Shown here piece by piece: positions 58,371 to 63,350 of a stretch of DNA of 63,350 nt (its first letter is position 1; the number at the start of each line of letters is the position of its first letter). Source of the DNA: a virus (Duplodnaviria; Caudoviricetes); IMG/VR virus record IMGVR_UViG_3300020159_004055, positions 1-63,350 of that record. One strand, given 5' to 3'. The translations under genes and the position numbers were made by a program. Under the pieces are notes generated by a model. The model had not been told where the DNA came from. It saw nothing but the letters and a program-made list of their open reading frames with translations, and ran no database searches.

Positions 58371-59783
58371 ATGATTGTAGATATTGAAAATAAAGGAACT
58401 TATCTCAAGGTTTCATCCTTCTCGGATGAGGGGGATTTAATTTTTATAAACGTGCCTATTCCAGAAAATGAAAGGTTTGTCTGGGAGAAATGCTCACACT
58501 CTGATAGAAGGAGGGATCCCGATTGGAAATCTTGGGATGGCATGTCGGTGAGGAAAGAAAAATCCCAGCGGTATGATAAGTACAGAATGGTACAAATTCT
58601 AGAAGAGGCTGATCCAGAAATTACAAAATCTCTTTGGGATTTTCAAACTCCAAAAAAGTACTTTGTCGATATTGAGGTTGAGATGACCGATGAAATGGGG
58701 GATTCGTTGGATACTGCTTCTGCAAAAAATAGGATACTGTCAATTGGTATTGCCACAGATAAATGTAAATCAATCATACTTGGACTGGACCCACTGACTC
58801 CTGAGGAGAAAGCAGACATACACCACAAGGTAAATGACTATCTTGCACCCATGGGAGATGAGTGGAGCTTTAGATATCAACAATTCGAAAGCGAATATGA
58901 TATGCTTTACACTTTTTTCAAGGACCTTGCTCCAAAAATGCCTTTGATAACAGGATGGAACTGGTTTGGATATGACTGGCCTTATCTGGTTAATCGGGCT
59001 AAGCGGTTAGGGATAGATCCTAAAATCATTTCACCCGGAAATTATCTTATTGGAAAGGACAACCTACCGATGCACCTCTTAATGGTCGATTACTTGGAAA
59101 TCTACAAGAAGTGGGACAGAGTAATTAAAATCAAGGAAAGCAATCGATTGGACTATGTTGCAGAAAAAGCAACGGGTCTTAAAAAGATAGTTTATGAGGG
59201 TTCTCTGAGGAATTTATATCAATCAGATTTTCCAAAATTTGTCCTCTACAACGTTATTGACTGTGCGCTAGTACATTACATAGATGTAAAGCTAAAGACG
59301 CTTCTAACCTACTTTAAAATAGCAAATTTGAATAGAGTAGAGATCAGCAGAGCTCTATCTCCCGTCTGGGCAACCGAGGTCATGATGCTTAAGAAATTCT
59401 TGGAGAGAAACCATGTGTTTGTTAATGAAAGGAAAGACGAATCCCACGTCAAATTCATAGGCGGATATGTTAAAGAACCAATAAAGGGATTACATGAATG
59501 GGTTGCCTGTTACGACTTTGCATCTCTATACCCGAACACTATTGTTCAATGGGGAATTTCCCCCGAGGTTTATAAAGGCAAACTTGGGAAAGACATTGCT
59601 GATGTGAAGGACGGATGGGTTAGAACATCTTCATCTGCTATCTTCGGAGGGGATGACGAAAGCCCCATTCTGAAGACTATAATTAAGGATCTTTATTCCA
59701 AAAGAAAGGCCACCAAAAAAAGAATGTTGGAACTACAGATAGAAATTGATCAATTGGAGAAACAATTGAAAAATTTAACGTAG
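58371..59783 (+). CDS. Family B DNA polymerase, N-terminal subunit (exonuclease plus motif A) of a split enzyme
   Basis: ExoI DIEV, ExoII GWNWFGYDWPY, ExoIII YNVID, motif A YDFASLYPN; ends in the fingers helix without motifs B and C. Confidence 0.85.
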   Translation: MIVDIENKGTYLKVSSFSDEGDLIFINVPIPENERFVWEKCSHSDRRRDPDWKSWDGMSVRKEKSQRYDKYRMVQILEEADPEITKSLWDFQTPKKYFVDIEVEMTDEMGDSLDTASAKNRILSIGIATDKCKSIILGLDPLTPEEKADIHHKVNDYLAPMGDEWSFRYQQFESEYDMLYTFFKDLAPKMPLITGWNWFGYDWPYLVNRAKRLGIDPKIISPGNYLIGKDNLPMHLLMVDYLEIYKKWDRVIKIKESNRLDYVAEKATGLKKIVYEGSLRNLYQSDFPKFVLYNVIDCALVHYIDVKLKTLLTYFKIANLNRVEISRALSPVWATEVMMLKKFLERNHVFVNERKDESHVKFIGGYVKEPIKGLHEWVACYDFASLYPNTIVQWGISPEVYKGKLGKDIADVKDGWVRTSSSAIFGGDDESPILKTIIKDLYSKRKATKKRMLELQIEIDQLEKQLKNLT

Positions 59784-59820
59784 AATTTTTCCAAAATTAC
59801 CGCACTCTGGGGACCCACTT

Positions 59821-59828
59821 GATATATA
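59821..59828 (+). promoter_or_regulatory. GATATATA putative promoter
   Basis: Intergenic, upstream of ATG 59878. Confidence 0.5.
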
Positions 59829-59877
59829 AAAAACCCAGCGTCGGGGAGACCAAAAAACTAGTTCAAAATAATAAGAT

Positions 59878-60345
59878 ATGGCAAATACAGACAATGAATG
59901 TGCAGATCTTTTGATTAAGGATCTCTACCGAGAATCAAAAGACACATTAGGAGACATCCTCAACTTACAGGCAGAAACACAAAAGAATGTTTATGGATAT
60001 GACTTTGAAAGTATGTCTTTGAGGCAGGTGATGGAATTCTGGCACATGAACAATCATGCGATGATCGACGAAATTCACGAAGCTACCGACGCACTGGGAG
60101 GAATCAAAGATGGCAACGGCAATGCCATCTGGAAAAAATGGAAGAATGCATATTCTTCTTATGCCGACATAAGATTTTCCGACTTATCTGAAATTGACAA
60201 GCTAGAATGTAAATTCGAAATTGTAGATATGCTACATTTTTTCATGAATTACGCAGCTTCAATTGGGATGACCCCACAAGAAATGTACAACATGTACATG
60301 AGTAAAAACGAGGAAAATCGTCGCAGACAAGCCAACAATTATTAA
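59878..60345 (+). CDS. Dimeric dCTPase/dUTPase, T4 gp56-like
   Basis: NECADL, DEIHE...[34 protein letters not shown]. Confidence 0.8.
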   Translation: MANTDNECADLLIKDLYRESKDTLGDILNLQAETQKNVYGYDFESMSLRQVMEFWHMNNHAMIDEIHEATDALGGIKDGNGNAIWKKWKNAYSSYADIRFSDLSEIDKLECKFEIVDMLHFFMNYAASIGMTPQEMYNMYMSKNEENRRRQANNY

Positions 60346-60371
60346 AATCAAAAGAAATTAGAATTAAAACT

Positions 60372-61355
60372 ATGAAGGAGAACTATTCTTTACCTGAACC
60401 AATTTTGCAGGAAAATCCAAACAGATTTGTTATTTTCCCAATCGAACACCAGGATATCTGGGAAATGTATAAAAACCAAGAAGCTTGTATTTGGACAGCT
60501 GAAGAGATTGATTTATCAGCTGATATCAACGATTGGAGAAACAATCTTAATGATAATGAAAGACACTTTATCAAGCATATTCTGGCTTTCTTTGCTGCAT
60601 CTGATGGGATCGTAAATGAGAATTTGGCAGAGAACTTTGTTAAAGAAGTACAATACTCAGAAGCTAAATTTTTCTATGGTTTCCAAATCATGATGGAGAA
60701 CATACACTCCGAAACTTACTCCTTGCTAATAGACACATACATTACAGACCCTGCAGAAAAGCACATGCTCTTTAATGCCATTGAAACCATCCCTGCCGTT
60801 AAGAAAAAGGCAGAGTGGGCACTTAAATGGGTAGAGTCTGAGCATTTCCAAGAAAGACTCATTGCATTTGCCGCAGTGGAGGGTATTTTCTTCTCTGGCT
60901 CATTTTGTTCAATCTTCTGGTTAAAGAAGAGAGGTCTTATGCCAGGTCTAAGCTTCTCGAATGAACTTATCTCGAGGGATGAAGGAATGCACTGCGACTT
61001 TGCTGTGATGTTGCACAACAACCACTTGGCAAATAAGGTTTCTGAAGAAAGAATCAAAGAAATCATTCTAAGTGCTCTTGAAATTGAAAAGGAGTTCATT
61101 ACAGAATCCCTTCCAGTAAAGTTGATTGGAATGAACCAAGACCTCATGAAGCAATACCTTGAATTTGTGACAGACCGACTTCTGGTTGATTTGGGTTGTT
61201 CCAAGGTGTTTAACGCTGAGAATCCATTTGATTTTATGGCGAATATTTCATTGCAAGGAAAAACTAATTTCTTTGAGAAAAGAGTTGCTGAATACCAAAA
61301 AGCCGGAGTGCTTAATTCCTCCGAGAATGCGTTCGATTTGGACGTAGATTTCTAA
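60372..61355 (+). CDS. nrdB: Ribonucleotide reductase class Ia beta subunit
   Basis: [47 protein letters not shown]. Confidence 0.95.
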   Translation: MKENYSLPEPILQENPNRFVIFPIEHQDIWEMYKNQEACIWTAEEIDLSADINDWRNNLNDNERHFIKHILAFFAASDGIVNENLAENFVKEVQYSEAKFFYGFQIMMENIHSETYSLLIDTYITDPAEKHMLFNAIETIPAVKKKAEWALKWVESEHFQERLIAFAAVEGIFFSGSFCSIFWLKKRGLMPGLSFSNELISRDEGMHCDFAVMLHNNHLANKVSEERIKEIILSALEIEKEFITESLPVKLIGMNQDLMKQYLEFVTDRLLVDLGCSKVFNAENPFDFMANISLQGKTNFFEKRVAEYQKAGVLNSSENAFDLDVDF

Positions 61356-61379
61356 TTAAAATAAATCAATAACCAAAAC

Positions 61380-63350
61380 ATGTTTGTAACAAAGAGAGAT
61401 GGATCTAAAGAAGCGGTAAGATTCGATAAAATTTCAAACCGCATTAAAAAAATGACCTACGGTCTGAACACCGATTTTGTAGATTGGATGGGGATTTCAC
61501 AAAAGGTGATTGCCGGAATTTATGATGGTATTTCCACCGTGGAGTTGGATAATCTAGCTGCAGAAACAGCAGCTTCTCTGATTCCTTCCCACCCGGATTA
61601 TTCTATTCTTGCCTCAAGAATTGCAGTATCAAGATTGCATAAAACTACAAAGAAGAAGTTCTCCGAGACCATTGAAGATCTGTATCATTACATCGATCCA
61701 GAAACTGGTAAACCAGCTGGACTGATTAACGATAGCACTTTCGAAGCTGTTCAAAAGAACAAGGACAAGTTTGATTCAGCAATAATTCACGACAGGGATT
61801 TTAGCTTTGAGTATTTCGGGTTCAAAACTCTAGAGAAATCATACCTGCTTAAAATGCATGGGGTTTCCGCCGAAAGCCCTCAACACATGTATATGAGAGT
61901 GGCGGTTGGAATCTGGGGAGATGATATTAAGAACGCTCTCAAAACATATGAGCTACTATCAACTCATATGATGACCCATGCAACTCCAACCCTTTTTAAT
62001 GCAGGAACAAAGAAACCACAGCTTTCGTCTTGTTTCTTGTTAACAATGCATGATGATTCTATTGCTGGAATCTACAAAACTTTATCCGACGTTGCACTCA
62101 TCTCTCAAAACGCCGGTGGTATTGGTTTAGCAATTCATAACATCAGATCGACTAACTCTTACATCAGAGGAACAAATGGCCAATCGAACGGCATCGTTCC
62201 GATGCTTAAGGTTTTCAACGAGACCGCAAGATACGTTGATCAGGGAGGTGGTAAAAGAAAAGGCTCGTTTGCAATTTACTTGGAACCATGGCACGCAGAC
62301 GTTGAGGACTTTTTAGATCTACGAAAAAACACAGGTAAGGAAGAAAGAAGGGCACGTGATCTTTTCTTGGCCTTATGGATCCCGGATCTCTTCATGGAAA
62401 GAGTTGAGAATGACCAAGAATGGTCACTATTTTCACCTTCAGAAGTTCCAGGATTACACGAGATATATGGTCAGGAGTTCGTGGACAAATACACCCAAGC
62501 TGAAGCAGAAGGTAAAGCAAGGAGAGTGGTTAAAGCCAGAGAACTTTGGGCAAAAATTCTAGAATCACAAATTGAAACTGGAACACCTTACATACTATTC
62601 AAAGACTCTGCTAACAGAAAGTCCAACCAGCAAAATTTAGGAACTATAAAATCTTCAAATCTTTGTTGCGAAATCATCGAATACACCGATAAAGACGAGC
62701 AAGCAGTTTGTAACCTAGCTTCAATTCCTGTCAATAAATTCTTGAAATCTACGGATGCTAGAACTAACAGAATTGCAAGAGGAAAATGTGAGGTAGATCA
62801 TCAATTACTCTATGAGGTATCCTACCAGACAACAATTAATTTGAACCGTGTTATTGACGTCAATTTTTATCCAACCCCAGAAACACTAAAATCGAACATG
62901 AGACACAGACCTATTGGAATTGGTATTCAAGGTCTTGCTGATTTGTTTGCGATGATGGGAATTGGATTCACTTCAGCCGAAGCAAGAAAAACAAACTCTG
63001 AAATCTTCGAGACGATCTATTTTGCCTCTATGACAGCATCTAAGGATCTTGCAAAAAAAGACGGAGCATATGGAAGCTTTAACGGATCTCCTTTAAGTCA
63101 AGGTAAATTCCAATACAACTTATGGCAAGTAGAAGATCCTGAATTGTCCGGAAGATGGGATTGGGCTAAGCTCAGAAAAGAAGTAATTAAGCATGGTGTT
63201 AGAAATTCATTGTTGCTTGCACCGATGCCAACGGCTTCGACTGCACAAATTATGGGGAACAACGAGGCATTTGAACCATTTACTTCGAACATTTACACAC
63301 GTAGAACTTTGAGTGGTGAATTCATCATCATTAACAAGCACCTTGTTAAA
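61380..63350 (+). CDS. nrdA: Ribonucleotide reductase class Ia alpha subunit with ATP cone (runs off the window)
   Basis: Manual translation: MFVTKRDG...[46 protein letters not shown]; spot-checked motifs share one frame. Confidence 0.95.
   Translation, partial: MFVTKRDGSKEAVRFDKISNRIKKMTYGLNTDFVDWMGISQKVIAGIYDGISTVELDNLAAETAASLIPSHPDYSILASRIAVSRLHKTTKKKFSETIEDLYHYIDPETGKPAGLINDSTFEAVQKNKDKFDSAIIHDRDFSFEYFGFKTLEKSYLLKMHGVSAESPQHMYMRVAVGIWGDDIKNALKTYELLSTHMMTHATPTLFNAGTKKPQLSSCFLLTMHDDSIAGIYKTLSDVALISQNAGGIGLAIHNIRSTNSYIRGTNGQSNGIVPMLKVFNETARYVDQGGGKRKGSFAIYLEPWHADVEDFLDLRKNTGKEERRARDLFLALWIPDLFMERVENDQEWSLFSPSEVPGLHEIYGQEFVDKYTQAEAEGKARRVVKARELWAKILESQIETGTPYILFKDSANRKSNQQNLGTIKSSNLCCEIIEYTDKDEQAVCNLASIPVNKFLKSTDARTNRIARGKCEVDHQLLYEVSYQTTINLNRVIDVNFYPTPETLKSNMRHRPIGIGIQGLADLFAMMGIGFTSAEARKTNSEIFETIYFASMTASKDLAKKDGAYGSFNGSPLSQGKFQYNLWQVEDPELSGRWDWAKLRKEVIKHGVRNSLLLAPMPTASTAQIMGNNEAFEPFTSNIYTRRTLSGEFIIINKHLVK

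Noticed and set aside
59801-59851. GC-rich intergenic stretch possibly forming an RNA structure around GATATATA
   Set aside because: Only a 5-bp CTGGG/CCCAG pairing is visible; too weak to call an ncRNA or riboswitch.
59781-59877. TAG readthrough, recoding or frameshift completing the DNA polymerase
   Set aside because: Reading through TAG reaches TGA after 12 codons, and no motif B or C sequence follows; long ORFs elsewhere fit the standard code.
381-63292. Numerous 60-180 aa antisense or out-of-frame ORFs in the track (e.g. 1654-2196, 19584-19874, 51002-51391, 60716-61204)
   Set aside because: They overlap well-supported genes and show no motifs; treated as shadow ORFs.
56917-63350. Eukaryotic giant-virus origin suggested by MBD4-like, PolB and eukaryote-like RNR genes
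   Set aside because: Baseplate genes, a peptidoglycan amidase, rho-independent terminators and bS1 indicate a bacteriophage; this RNR type also occurs in bacteria.
1-63350. tRNA, rRNA, CRISPR arrays, introns, inteins or transposases
   Set aside because: Intergenic gaps are short and none showed cloverleaf or repeat-spacer patterns by eye; nrdA, nrdB and uvsW look uninterrupted. A covariance-model scan was not possible.

Overview
A 63-kb segment of a large T4-like (contractile-tailed, probably jumbo) phage genome, almost all on the + strand and in the standard genetic code. The host is probably Bacteroidota: A-rich leaders without Shine-Dalgarno sites, Hc1-like and DUF4494-like genes. About 1-40 kb is a virion module (gp5-like spike; gp13-, gp25-, gp6- and gp3-like proteins; large baseplate and fibre proteins) interrupted by a ribosomal-protein-S1 homolog, a degenerate amidoligase and an inverted phoH. 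About 40-48.6 kb holds a RuvC-like gene, a coupled five-gene cassette (sugar nucleotidyltransferase, cupin, RuBisCO-like protein, GDPD-like enzyme, glycosyltransferase-like protein), then gp32, primase, UvsY-like and UvsW. About 48.6-58.3 kb encodes proteins with T4-internal-protein-like capsid-targeting motifs (including a Pol-beta-type nucleotidyltransferase and a ligase/HxGH fusion), an insulated hsp20 with a sigma54-type promoter, an MBD4-like glycosylase and an amidase. The window ends with half of a split family-B DNA polymerase, a gp56-like dCTPase/dUTPase, nrdB and a truncated nrdA. The best candidate novel system is the RuBisCO-like-protein sugar cassette together with a G-x-[T/S]-[G/A] motif recurring through the virion proteins, suggesting virion glycosylation with an unusual sugar. 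All family calls are by-eye motif recognition; no searches were run.
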